Part shown: positions 23,103 through 36,449 of the stretch, one piece after another
Position numbering within the stretch: position 1 is the first letter of the stretch
Layout: each line of letters opens with the position of its first letter
Source: Haplodiscus bocki
Lineage: Eukaryota
Length of the DNA: 64,000 nt
Assembly (NCBI GenBank): GCA_965655095.1
Contig: OZ296651.1
Span: 47,740,001-47,804,000 of the forward strand
Reading direction: 5' to 3'
Notes under the pieces: model-generated
Seen by the model: the letters and a program-made list of their open reading frames with translations, nothing else
What the model was told of the DNA's origin: nothing
Databases searched by the model: none
Made by a program: the position numbers and the translations under genes

Positions 23103-26100
23103 TTTTAAGTTTTTTCTTTCGGATGCGCGGACAGTTGTTTTCAAAGGGTTTTTTTACTATTTTTCTTTTTGGGATCGCCCTAGCACAAAAATTAGATATT
23201 TTAAGATATAAATTAATAAAATTTGACTAGAGTTTCTCAGCTTGTTCTCGAATTCTTGTCCTCTCCACCCGCAATAAAGACTCGCGGAATTCCTGTTTTC
23301 CATTTTTATGTTTCTTCCTTTCATAATTTTTAGGAACATCCAGAAAATTTCCAGTTATATTACATTTATTGATATTATTTTCTGGCTTTACACTCTTTCA
23401 AATGCACCGCTCCATAGTTTTCTGCTCCATATCGAAATTAAATTATACTCATCCCCAAGCCATAAGCTACATGGTGACTGAGTCTCCACCAGCACATTTG
23501 TTGTTTCCCCCGTACGTACCATTTTTTTCTCAGCACTCTATCCGATTGCAAGTGCATCGTGCTCTGGCTCCATTGGTTGAGTCTACTGGGAAGTGACAAG
23601 TTTCGCAGATTCCTCTTTTTTTGTCGTAGAAAATTTTTTCTGATTGAAAGCAACTCTCACACTGGACGTTAAGCCGTTCATTACACTCTAAAAATGTCGC
23701 AATGTTTCTGTTGCATGCTGTTGAAAAAAAACATGAAACTTTTGCCGTTTGAATTTTTTTCTCTGCTTGGATATCAAAACTGTCATAGTACTTTTTATGT
23801 ATTTCGGGCATCCTGATAGTCGAAATCAAAGCTGTTGAGTATTTGTCCGTGAATATAGTGGGTTCTGCGCTACCAAATGATAGGAACATTATATTCGTCA
23901 AATTCTTGTCCCTGCATGCTCAGCCGAATTTTTCAATAATTTTTCCATTTCCCAAATCGTTTTCAGGTTCGTCCCAATAAGATACTTTGCAAAAACTTTA
24001 ACTTGAAGCAGAATAATCCAATTTTGCCAGTCCATTTGTGACTTCGCCCAAAAAATTGTTGAACCACCAAAAGCTTCAGGTCTACTTTTGGCTAATCATA
24101 TGTCCACAGCACCACCTTAACGCTTTGCTCTCAGATGAAGATACGTCTAGCAGGTAGAATTTTATTTGATTCAAAATAGTATTTAAAAAATGAAGGCCAT
24201 AATAACAAAAGGTGCAGTGGTACTGTAATATTTTCATTCAAAGAAGCCCGGAAAGGATTAATGTAAAAAAACCCCCGTAATTTTAACTTTGACAAGGAGG
24301 CGCAGTTCCTTAGTTATAACGCAGTTTCAATAAGCCAGATATGAATTGCTTTTCTTCTGGGTGTTGTTACCAAGTTTCCAGTGTGAGTGAAGAGAGCCAA
24401 AAAACTTTTAGTACTTTTAGTCAATAAACACCTTGCTGGAAGAAGCCCAACAGCTAATTCTGCAGAGATGTGATTTGACTGTTGAAAAAAACTTAATAAT
24501 AATTGAACATTTTGGCATTTTGGGACAATCAGAAAACTGATGCAAGTAGCGACAAAACAAATGCTTTTGATCAAAACACTTTTACAAACAGAAAAATGTC
24601 AATCGAGAGTCTGATTGAAGACAAACGGTTGGCAATTACGCAAAATCTCCTAAAAAGTGATTTCCAAAACCCCACAACAACCAAAATAACGGCACTATCC
24701 GGCTTTTTCGGGACCATCAGACTTCAGACTGGGAAAGCCGAAAAGTTTGAATGTTATGAAGAATCGAAATTAATGGCTCTTTTCGGTATCTTCGGCCTAT
24801 CAAAATTCCTGTACAATGAAAAAACGACTATATGATCGCTTGAAAATTCATTGAAGAATTGTTGATTGAGACTTAGATGATAGATTCTCCTAATTGTTTT
24901 GGCGGAAATGAGTTGTAGAGCGCAGAAAATCTTTACTAAAAGCATTTTTTACAATTTCGGCCCATTATGATTCCAATGAAACGAACAAAGGTGAAGTTCT
25001 TTGCATCAAAACTTCTTCTGCAGGTCGACAACTTTCGCAGGAGATCCTTATAGAAGATTTCCAAGAAGATGCTGTGGTGGAAAACCAGCTGGAATTTCGT
25101 GAAAATAAAAACTATTTTCACAGTTTAGCTCCTTAGTCCTTTAGTGATTTATTGTAGGGAACTACGCTTCAAAGACTTTTGTCAATTTCAATCAAAAAGG
25201 TCGGAAGCTGTTGAACGGTTCTTTCAATTAGGGAAACACGCCTTTAGTTTCGAAGAATTATGATTCTGCTATCGAGAAAAGTCAAAACTTATAGCACTTT
25301 CTGCCTATCAGTATTTCAATACAAGAAGTAGAGTTTGTGGTTTCACAACCACAAACCGTCTACTTGTCGACAGTCGCTGATAAAAAACTTGATGCAAGAA
25401 ATGCAACTGATGGTTATTGAGAGGATTCAAATTGACTATCGAGGAAATTCTTCATTAAAAACTGTATCTAGCAATTTCTGTTCATCAAGAATCCGGTATA
25501 AGGAATCACATCAATTATAAATTGTTCAGTAGCCTCTGAACCAAAAAGGTGGTCAAAAAGTTCCTGCTGGAAGAAACGAATCGGGTTGTTTTAGAAAAAA
25601 AACAGTGAGAGTATTGAAAAGTGTCGTTAATATCAATTTCCGGCATTTTTGAGCTGTCTGTATTCCAATGCCAGGAATGAAAACTACAATTTTAATACAA
25701 ACTGATCTTTTCCTGTTGAAAATTGCCATTTGAGGCGTCGGTGGAATTGAATCCGTCTCTGTAGAGACCAGTGAATCCGAACAGTGAAAGTTGTCACCAG
25801 CAATGGCAATGTCTGACCTTTACGGTGCAACAAACTTTCGAAGCGCGGATCAGAAACAACAATCTTATTCTAGTTTATGCCTCCAAAATTACCAGACAGT
25901 CGATTGACACTTTGTTGGCAGACCTAGCTCGAAGAAGAGTTTGTTTTTTGGACAAAAAATCATTGCTAGTTGAACCTTTTGGTGTTTTGGCAATCAACGT
26001 TCCGGTGCTATGAACAAACCGAATAATAATATCATCATTTACTCTCCGACTATCAAAACTTGTCGACTGAAAAGTTTTTGCAAAGTTTAGTTATCGAGAA

Positions 26101-29100
26101 AATCGTACCTGCTGTTTTTGTATTCACGTATAATGAATTTTACAAAACAAGGTTTTCCAGCGTTTTTGAATCAATTAATGGCTCTTTTAAAGCCCAAAAT
26201 ACCACACTGGTGTAAAAACACGCAAAATTTGAATTTTTTTGAGATAAATTTATTTTCATATCGGACTTCCCACATTTTCATAGGTAAATTTGAACACGCT
26301 GCTTGTGGCCTGCATAACCACGGCGTGGCTGCACGAATATATGAGGAACAATAGCTATACAACATACTCACCGTGACACTTGCAAGTCTCTCAAAAAGGA
26401 AAAATTAGACGTCAAACGATAAGAAAGTCACGTAGTAGAAGTCGGAATTGATCGAAAGGGTAGCTAACATTGACCCATACTTTTGAAAAAGCTGTAGATT
26501 AGACGCGAACTGATTTTATTATCTTCAGCTTTTTTAAATTACCAACTATTTTTTCTGAAAAGAGGGTGATAAATGGCCGAAAAAAACACTCAGGCGAAAA
26601 GAAATAATTTTTTTACTTACTTTTTCCTCTCAAAATTTTTTGCCCCCAGGTTTTTTATATCGGAAACAAAATCATTCAATGGCTAGTGGCGGTTTCCTGT
26701 TTCTTTGTTTCCTTACTCATTTTGCTATTTTACTATACGCTCTTTTCTAAGGACAGTTTCTGACAGGATCCTTCCGTTTCTCGGTTTGAAGCGTCAATAA
26801 GCCAGGCGTATTCGATCCACTGTTGTTTCCCCGAAACCTCTCAGCAAGTTTGCCATTAACTATGCCGAACTTTTCCACGTCTGATTTAGCAAAAAATAAA
26901 TTGGAAACGCCAACTTCTATGAAGTTAAAACGTCAGCAGCATCAGTACCTTTGATTTATGATGCGTTTCTATAATAATGGAATCGGTGACAAATCAACTT
27001 TTCTTGATATTCTACTATTTCGAAGGAAAATTGAGGTTTTTCGTTGGAGTTTTGAGGGAGAATCTTGAGAAAGTTAAAAGTTCTTGTTTTCCGGCAATGC
27101 CATTTTTTGCAGTGCGTCAAAGTATCTTCGCTGGTCTGAACAACTCGTTGGTTAACTGTGAATGGTCATATCGACCTTATGATGCTTCAATAGGTTGATC
27201 GTTGGTTCTTTCTGGCGGTAATTTAACGGAAATTTTTGCGAAAAAATCCGACACTTCATAATTTTCAGTTCTGTTACCCTTGTGAACTCGTGAAAGTGGC
27301 TTCATTGTATCATACGTTGGTTGAACATTATTGAACCAGTGGAACTTATTGCAGGTTAGGTGCGTGTTCTGACGTCTCTTTGCGGTTTTTTGGCACAACT
27401 GATTGTCGAATCGGTTTTTTACCAATTTTGGAAAACTTGTGTGGAATATGAGGGATTTTAAAAAAAAACAAAAAGCGAAACGTTGAATCTGTTTTTTTAA
27501 AAAACGGTACAACCAAGAAACATCGTGGAGATTGAATTGATTTTTTGGGGAGTGTACATTCATTTTGGCGGACAGTTCAGCAAGAAAAGATTGTTGGAAA
27601 ATTCTATTTTATCTTTAAAATGTCCATTTTTTCGCTTGTACTTAAATTTTTTTCTGCAAGTCAGTGTGGTATTGTTACGTAAACTTGAAGGACAAGCATT
27701 GCTTGAGTTTTGGTGGGAATCTGATTTTTTCCTTCGGGAAGTCTTGGGCAAAATTTCAAGGACGATCTAAATTTTCGCCAAGTACTCATTTGATTTAGTA
27801 GCAACAGATTTTAGATACAACTCACCTAGGCTTGCAAAAAAATTCTGCACCTGAAGCGGCGATTTTGTTCGTCGCCAGCGTGGCGGAAAGTATTTTACAC
27901 AAATAACTTTTCACAATTTTTTCCGCATATTTTGTCTCATCGGGTGTTTTTTTTCTTGAGAAAAGCGGTAGTACTTCACCTCCCATGGCATCCAAGGAGA
28001 AAACTCTTGCTTATTCAAAGATAGGACTCTCAGCTACGTTTCTGTTGAAGAAATTTTCGAAAATTTTTCGCGTTCCTGGTTCATTTCCGCGTCAACATGA
28101 GAATTTGGATTTTTTTAAACTATATTTGCATTTTTTTACCTCGCATATCTCCGTGTGCTGTCTGAGAGCCCTGTGATCTGCATAAAAGGGCTCAATTTTC
28201 TTTTTTATTCTTACCGTGGGTATTATTGGACTTGCGAACAACTTTTCGGAAATAGTCCGTTAAAAAAGTCGGGAGATTTTTTCAAGTATGACGGAGTATT
28301 TTTCAAGTCGTTGATTTTCATTTTTGACCACCTGGTGGGAGGTTACTTTCGCTTCCTACTGGGTCCTAATTCAATTTTTACCAAACTGCAGTTTAAGTTC
28401 ATCCATCCATGGGATCACTCGTTGAATTGTGGGTTTTGTCGAAAGTATAGCTACAAAATGTTATTCTCAAGGGTCAACTTTACTTGCCTAGCTTCTCTCA
28501 GTTAAATTAGTAAATTCCGTTAGGAGGTGAGCCTTTCCTGAGAAACGTTTGGAACTTTCTTAATTTTAAAGACGCATTTACTCAGAGACCAAGTGCAACC
28601 CGCTCTGCGACCATCTTTCTATTTTTTGTTATTTTGCGGATTTGGTGAAATTGGTACAAAACTTCAGTAATGCGCCTAATCGCAACGCCCATTGTACCTG
28701 GCAAAAAAATTTTTGGTGATTCAACTCGAAAGCTTTCAGACGTAGGTTCACCTGAAACCAATTTTTTTTCAAGTGTCATCAGCTCGTCAGACGGTTGATC
28801 CAGTCCATTCTGGGGACTGATTGGATTAGTGCAAGTTTGCGTTTTCTGCTAATCCTTCCATCGGATTTGCTGTTTAGGGAAAAATGGCCAAAATGTTAAT
28901 CCCTCATGCTAATTTTTCTTGCTTAACTTTCAGCTAAAGTTGAACTGCTTGAGGAGCATGCCTTTCCTGAGCTTTTGGAACATTCTTGGTTTATTAGGCA
29001 CATATACTTGAAGCCCAAGCACAACTCTCGTTGCTCCTATTTATTAAAACTTACTTTCCGCTAATATTCCATAAATGGAAGGAAAATCATTAACTCGGCA

Positions 29101-30558
29101 TTCAGGTTTGTTGAACATGAAATTTGCAAATTGCACAATAAAGCAAAAATCCGGGCTGAAAAATTTCTATCCGCAATTTTTTTCCCAAGTTGCCGTAAAG
29201 TTCGTCCCCTTTGGTAGTAATTCTCCAGAAATTGCCTTTTCTTGGCAACACTTGAGTTTTTTGAAAAAAGCTAACAAATCGAAAGTTTTTTGTTCGAATT
29301 GCTGCTTTTCATCGTTTTTTCCTTAATTTGGAAGCGGAAAATATCCCGGAGTTGACCGTGCGGTTTATTTACTTCGAAGTGCTTTTCGGAAGTGAAAATT
29401 ACAAATGGATGAAAGCAAAATAGAAATTATAACTTTATGGCTCAGATTAATGCTAAAAAACTCATGTGAATTGAATATTTTACTCTGAAATTAAAATTTC
29501 GATGAAAATAATTTGGTCACTCACGAAGTGCTGGAACGGGTTCATGACAAAAAAATGAAGAACCCCTGTCAATTCAATTGGTTAACAATGTGTGTCCCAA
29601 CAAGTTGTAACCTTAGCTCAGTTTGTGACCGCTTCGACAATCACAGCCTCGTCTCTATGATCTTTCATATCTATTTCGAACGTTTGCAATTTTGGATCTT
29701 CGCTTTTTGGAAATTTAGGGTTTCAGAAACTAAGCTCGGATCGCTCTATCACCCATTAAAGATAAATAATGACTTACGATGCGGCTATTTTCCGACTCCA
29801 AATATGCCTCACTTTGCCACTTTTCAACAAAATCAATAGTTTTATAACTGAGAATTTCTATCATTTTCGAAAATGATAACGTTTTTTAATCTTTTGCATT
29901 TTTTACGAATTTCTCTGTTTGACAAGCCAAAAGCCAAGATGCTTAGGTCAAGTGAAGTATCCTTAGGTAACGTCAAACTCCAGATTAACTGAATACTATT
30001 TTGTGTACACGTTTAAAGGTTCATGTACTTTATACTTTCAGAATTCGTTTTATTGCACATCAATGATAAGATCAAACTGTAAAAGAGCCAAGCTTTAAGA
30101 AAGTTTACTTTCGATAATTTTCAAGCAGACTTTGAACAGTGTGCTGCAGTGCACATAACGTTGTAGATTTTTCTTCAAATGTGTTCGCCTCTTACAATGC
30201 AGCACAATTTTATGCAACAAAGCAACAGTGAAGTTTGGCCGTATTTCTAAGAGTCTCGTTCATTCGAGTTAACACTAAGCGGCAAAATTAGAACTTTTGA
30301 AGAAGCGTTTAAGTAGGCAATTTATCCAAAGGTTTCTATGTTAATTGAGTGATAGTGCTAATTTCATGCAGCTTGAACGACAAATGTAACCAAATTCACG
30401 CTAAATGCCACGGACTACATCAAATTTTGGAATTTTTATGATCAAAACTTCTCAAGTACCCGCTGAATGTGAGAATGGAAAGATGGTGGTATTAAAAATT
30501 AATCTATACATCTTTTGTTCTTATAACTTCTCATGAAATTAGTTAAAGTTCAAGTTAT

Positions 30559-30766
30559 TTATGTCTCTTGCACCTGTTTCTCTTTAGCAGCTTCTTTGGC
30601 CATTTTGTTCAGAATTCGTTCCCTCCTTTTAAGTAGTCTCCTTTCTCGTTCGTACTCCTTCGCACGTACAACTTGCTCGGCGAAAGCACATCTCTGGAAA
30701 ATCTCTTGTTCTAGATTACAATGATTGGTCAATACATTCTCACTCTTTGATGAACATTGCTTGAAC
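30559..30766 (-). CDS. NDUFB7: NADH dehydrogenase 1 beta subcomplex subunit 7, coding exon 2
   Basis: Acceptor TTTCATTTCAG|G at 30767/30766; FKQC...HCNLEQEIFQRC...KEYERERRLLKRR completes the twin CX9C motif and the EYERERRLL signature. Confidence 0.9.
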
Positions 30767-31399
30767 CTGAAATGAAAGTGTTCCGTCAATTCCAATTCCG
30801 CTCAGATGAATTGTAAACTTCTAGGAAGATCCTTGCAAGAATTGCTCTCAATTATAAGAAGTTCATTGCAAAGTACTTGCGAAATATGCATTTTCTGTGA
30901 ACGAGGGAAACCCAACTGCTAGCAAATTCGATATTATAATTAATGCGACTAATAGATTTCACAAAATCAAGATTAGAGAAATAAAACATCGGCACCAAGG
31001 GTTCAAGGTATTAAGTGCTAACAATTTAGAATAGTAACAAAAACTTTAGCAATTAGAAATGGAACTAAGCAAAAATTCCCATTGCGCCAAAAACTGTAGA
31101 CTAATAAAAGCTTCGATGAATTCGGAGCATGCAATGGTCGTCTACAGTTCAAGTTATACGCTTTGAATATTTTACAATTTTTTTGATGCTTTGGGAATCA
31201 AAAAAATCAGACGCGATGAGTAGTCACCATTTGGAAAAACCGGATAACAAGTGACCCAATGTCACAATTTTGAGAATATTTGAATCTAAGCTTCGAGTAC
31301 CACAAGTACTTGCAATCTAAGAGTGAACAGCGTCGCCTGCTCTAGCTTAGGCGAATCGAGGAAATTAAACACGAAAGAATAGACGTAAATGATAAGCAG

Positions 31400-33950
31400 G
31401 GACGATTGTGTATCACTTTAGTGATCATCCTCCCCCAGTCGGTCAATCGCGAAGACGCTTGCGAAGTGCGAACAAAAAGTGAAATCTAAAAGAGAGTTCA
31501 GAGTAAGCAAAGGTACTCCAAGGAAGCTCATCAAAGGGGCTATCAGATACGTTTTTTGATAAAAGTACTTCAAACAGGTAGAAAATCCCATCCGAAAACT
31601 ATTCAGGCATTGGGTATTTGACAAAAGTTTGCCAATTCTTCAAGAACTTTTGCCGATGACAAAAGAATTGAGATAATTTTCTCTTACTTTTGTTTACTCT
31701 ACGAATAGTTTCTAAACTATGGGTTTTCGGGGGAAAATGAAAAATACATTTTTGCAGCACTGTTTCAATAAGTTTATTGGCAACTTTTCACAATTAAACG
31801 ATTGATTTTTGAATATGAAGAACCGGAAGTATGCAGCAGTTTTACTCGGATACGCTTTCGCTCCTGTAGAGGATTTTCTATCTATAAAATTACAGATTTG
31901 AAACATATTCAAAATGTCTGTACAAATTCAAAATTTTGGGAAAGCAAATCGATAGAAAGTTCAAATTTCAAGCAAGCCGCAACAAACTTGAAACAGTAAT
32001 TGATAAGGAACCAGTCTAGACGTTCAGCGTCAACTCGCGAGACCGGTACTCTTCTCTCTGGTTGGGTGCTGGGATTTTCGAATAGTTTACCATATAGCTT
32101 CCACCAAAAATGGATATCAACCCGCGCAGATATGTTGGCGGGGGGGGCTGAAATAATGGAAGAGACTCTAACTTTTTTAAACGAAGCCTCTTTAGACACT
32201 AACACCGAAAAATCCAAAAAAAAATGTATCTTCATGTTCTACTTTCAAGTGAAACATTTTTTGTTCAAGGCTCATCTTTTTACCTGTTTATTGAATTATT
32301 TTGACTTTCCTAAAACATAACAAGAGCCCACTCTATCACATACTAAATTTTTGTTGCGGTCGGACAATTTTCCAACAAATTTTTTGCGAAAGAAACTTGA
32401 AGAACGAACTAATTCCGGCAACTTTGATGACAAGTCATATAATAGGTCGTTTATTTCCGCATGCAGGGCACCAAACAACCTAAATTTTGAACAACCTGAA
32501 GGAAAAGACTCTTTAGTATCTTATACTAATCTTTACTTTCCGTCGGACAATTTTTTGATAGGTTTTATGCGAAACGAACTTGAAAACCAAGCCAATTTTC
32601 TCTAATTTGACGAAACTTTTCATGAAAGATGTCGTATCATTCCGCATGTGGGGCTCCAACGCACAGTTTTGCACACACCTAACGATAAATCTCTTCCATT
32701 GCACACTAAAGTTTAGTTGCGGTTCCAACAATTTTTTGTGGGGTTCTTTAGCGAGAAAAACTCGAAAATCGAAAGCTTTTATGGATCCGATGATATTCCC
32801 CAAATTTAGGTCTCTTCTCATGGCACTCAGGTTTTCGAATTAATCGAATCTTACATATCCATAGTATGAAACCAAGTTGAGAGATAGTAGACTTCCGTTT
32901 CGTTGTCAAGGTTTTTCCATATATTATTAAAAACGAGCTCTTTTGAAATTCTCTGTATTTTTGGGTCTTATCTACTGAAAGATAAGTAAAAAACAATCCT
33001 TATTTTGTTCCAGCATAATGAGAGACCTTATCGATTACCAATTAAGAATTGGTTGTATTCAGAAAAAAAATTGACACGTAGTTTGGGTTGAACTTGCAAA
33101 TCAAACTAATTTCGGCTTCTTTGATCTTTTATCGTCGAATTTTGGTATATGTAAGAATGCAAGAAAAATGCCCAGATTTTCCATTGGCGCCACGGGCGGA
33201 CTTCAATTTTGTACCTACTGAATTCTTGCAGCGGTCACAAATGGTTTTGATACGTTTCTGGCGAGAAAATTTAGCAATCGAGCGATTTCCAGAAACTTTG
33301 AACTTTGTCAAATTTCATTTCTATGACGGGATGCTGCGAGTAAAAATAACCACAGTTTTCTGTTACCATCACAAGAAGGCTTCATTGCTTTACCTACTAA
33401 GTTTTGGCTGCCGTAGGAAAATTTTTAAATGGATTTCTAACGATACAAATTTCAGGATCGGGTTCTAAAACCTTAGATTTATGTCAAATCAGAACAAGTT
33501 GTTTGAGAGAAATTGTGGTGGATACGTTCAACAGCGTCATTTACTGGAGTTATTCCACCAGGGGCATTACTAATGACAGAGTCAGCCATGGAATTGTTTG
33601 ATTTCATTTGAACATGAGAAGCATTCGGTTGGAAAAAGCGAAAGCGATGTCCCAAAAATTTTTCTAGATCGGGTAGGGCTGCAATGTGCTCCTCTGGAAC
33701 GTGAACGGATGGTTTAACAACAATCTTTTGATTTGCAGCTTTTACTACATTTGGAAACAGTCTCTCAGCAAGGTGATATTAGTGATTGAGAAACATGAAC
33801 ATTAAGTGTCATATTGTTGAAACCACAAAAACTATAGCAGTCAAAATGGAAGACTGATTGAATTCGCCAGCGACCGAGGGTTTCGACACATCAGGTCAAA
33901 TGGACGCACTAATTCTGCTAATTGTTTTACTTCACGGAGTCCTGCTTCTG
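31400..33950 (+). mobile_element. Highly decayed LINE (CR1/L2-like) ORF2 relic inside the NDUFB7 intron
   Basis: Eroded RT-like segments LAIERFPETLNFVKFHFYDG (about YIND..LFADD) and REIVVDTFNSVIYWSY (about KDLGV...LSW). Boundaries are approximate. Confidence 0.35.
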
Positions 33951-34810
33951 CTTTCGAATCATAGAGTGGTAATTCATCAAGAGGGGGACTTGCATCATGA
34001 CTGATGCCAAAGGATTTGGCAAGGAAAATTTTTCAAAAGACTTCTAACGAAACAAATTTCACGATCGGGATTTTTTGACAATTTGAACTTTGAATTTTGT
34101 AAAAAAATTTTGGTCCTAAATCCCGGAAGCAAACACTGAAAAGTGCCAGAATTCGACACTGCGAGAACAAGGAGACCCAAATTTATTACACACTACATCT
34201 TAGTTGCAATCAGAAAAATCGTTTGGTAGGTTCTTTTGCGATTAAAACAAAATAGATCTAGTTCGAATACTGACTAAAACCTCAGATTTATGTCAATTCT
34301 TTGAGGCACAGATCTCGCCTGTTTGAGAAGCTCTTGCCGTGAGCTAGCACTAAGCCCTTAGAGCCATCATATGAAACATTCAAAATCAGAAATTAACGTT
34401 TGGCAGTTTTTGCTCCGTTGACCGTAAATTTTCGAACAACATTATATTTTTCTGAAATATCTAAGAATAAGAAAAGTATTTTAATCGAATCTTTTTGTCT
34501 AGATTAATTACCGAAGTTATTCGTCTTCAAAGTTGACGTATTATTAACGTCTAGTCCCATTAATAAATATCATGACCGTTTCAAAAGATTTTGGATACAA
34601 GAGATTTAAAAATTGGCTAGTTTTTTGTTTAAACTCGGAGCCCAACAAGTTCAGACAGCCTAAAAGCTCGCACTTGTCGCAAGAAAGGTAGATTGGCAAT
34701 AAATTTGCTTGTTTTTTTCTTTTTTCAAAAGTAAGATTTAAGAGCGGTGATGAAACACTAGTTAATGCCAAACTTTGTTGCCTAACATAGAACATAACGT
34801 CAAAATTAAC

Positions 34811-35013
34811 CTCATCCAATCAGCAGCACAAACATCTCGTCTTTTTCTGTGTACATTGCCAGCTATGAGTTCATCTTTTGTCACAGGAGCTTCTAAAACC
34901 GGTCTGCCCTCTGGGAAGCCATACATTGGATCAAAGTATGGCATCTCTTGGGGAACAGGGGTGACTGTGATTTCACTGATGAACTTTCTATACGCCTGCA
35001 CTAAAACATCCAT
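34811..35013 (-). CDS. NDUFB7: NADH dehydrogenase 1 beta subcomplex subunit 7, coding exon 1
   Basis: MDVLVQAYRKF...PVPQEMPYFDPMYGFPEGR...TKDELIAGNV..KRRDVCA; donor AG|GTTAAT at 34811/34810. The phase-2 intron of 4044 nt joins exon 2 in frame (136 aa total). Confidence 0.9.
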
Positions 35014-35288
35014 TCGGAATCTGAAATGGGAAGATCAAAGTGTGAATCAACAGAGCTAAATACTTTATTGAGTAATTATCATATAACTCCGCAGCTAATA
35101 AGTACTCACTGAAACCAATTAGTTGAAGAGAACACCTGAGGAAACTAAATCGTGAGTTTCCTGTTCCAAAAGAAAAATGATTAAAATGGTACTACATGGT
35201 CAATGCATGGGAATACTAAACTAGAAAACAAAACAAAAGCGTATCAACAATCAATAAATAAGGACAAAGTCAATTTCAGAAAGTTTCT

Positions 35289-36035
35289 TTACTTTTTGGG
35301 TTTCTTAGTTGGCTTGCTATACTTTGCCTCCAAGTTAGCCAAGAAGTTGTCGTTTGCTTTCATTCGATCTCTCTGACGAGCGAGTATAGCTGCTTCCAAA
35401 TCTTCCATTCCACTGGAAATGTCTGTCGATTTTGATGCTTCTTTCGCTTCTTTTTCATATTTTCGTTTCCTAGCAAGTGCTTTTTTCTTTGGCTCATCGG
35501 TAAAATTTTTGAAGGCCGGTACTTCTTCGTTTTTAATCAGCTCATTAATAATTTCACGGTACCTAGTTTCTTCTTTTATATCTGCCAAAATTAAACACTC
35601 CATTATAGAATCCATATCGCCTTCGAACTTCAAATACCATTTTTTGATGTCTTCTTTTTCATCAAGAGAAGATTTGTACTTTTTACTGAAGTTTTCTATA
35701 TCTTTCTTGGTTACCTTAGGGAAAATATTTCTCCAGTAATTAGCAAAGTCGAAGTTTTCGTTCGAAATAGGGTCTGACTCGTCATCAACAAATCCAGTCT
35801 CGTCGTATGCTCGGCGGTTTTCTTTGTCCGAAAGATAATTATAGGCTTTACTCAAAGTCTGAAACATTAGAGTAGCATCTCCTTCATTCCCAGCCACTCT
35901 ATCGGGATGGTATTTCAAAGATTGCTTGTAGAATGCTTTCTTTAATTGTGCGGCCGAGTCAGACTTATTCGTACCCAATACATCGTATAGTGATGAGGTT
36001 TGGAAGCAAGTTTGGCAGTCTTCCAGCAATCCCAT
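35289..36035 (-). CDS. DNAJC9: DnaJ homolog subfamily C member 9 (248 aa, intronless CDS)
   Basis: MGLLEDC...LYDVLG, J-domain HPD motif, YWRNIFPKVT..DI..F..KYK.S..EK.D, EVPAFKNF, and C-terminal FLANLEAKY histone-binding region. Confidence 0.95.
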   Translation of the reverse strand: MGLLEDCQTCFQTSSLYDVLGTNKSDSAAQLKKAFYKQSLKYHPDRVAGNEGDATLMFQTLSKAYNYLSDKENRRAYDETGFVDDESDPISNENFDFANYWRNIFPKVTKKDIENFSKKYKSSLDEKEDIKKWYLKFEGDMDSIMECLILADIKEETRYREIINELIKNEEVPAFKNFTDEPKKKALARKRKYEKEAKEASKSTDISSGMEDLEAAILARQRDRMKANDNFLANLEAKYSKPTKKPKK

Positions 36036-36449
36036 TATTGAACTAAAAAGCATCAGGCCTTTGTTAGAGTAACTAATCAAATAGCAGAAGTTGAAAATAA
36101 GTTCCAAATAGCCGCAATTCAAAAAACATTACAATAGCTTGGAATGGAAAACGCGTCCTACTGTTATCAGACATGCGATAACATTTTTAGCCATTTTTGT
36201 CACCAGTAAGTTCACACCGTCTCTCCCCTACACGTTGCGCAGCCTGATTTTGCTCGTGGATACTCGACACTCTTGCCTATAACGATTTCATAAATCCAAT
36301 GAAATATAGGTCTTTCAATGCAGTAGAAATTGGTCAAGTTTTCAACACTGAGAAATTGAATGGGCCAACAATTCGGCTATTGGCAACCTCGCTCCAATTT
36401 TCGGTCATTTGGGAAGTTACCCTTAGTCAGTGAACAAGGAATTTGAATA

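Noticed and set aside
23300-29000. Possible DIRS/LTR retroelement relics (weak tyrosine-recombinase-like TH..IKGTDAA...WKSS near 26860-26970, - strand)
   Set aside because: Too eroded to assign by eye; needs a frameshift-aware profile search.
34762-34810. C-terminus of the 83-aa ORF
   Set aside because: Intron read-through past the NDUFB7 donor site.
35419-35739. 106-aa + strand ORF
   Set aside because: Antisense shadow of DNAJC9.
36036-36122. N-terminal extension of DNAJC9 in the ORF track
   Set aside because: Starts at TTG; homology begins at MGLL (36035), and a splice acceptor lies just upstream.
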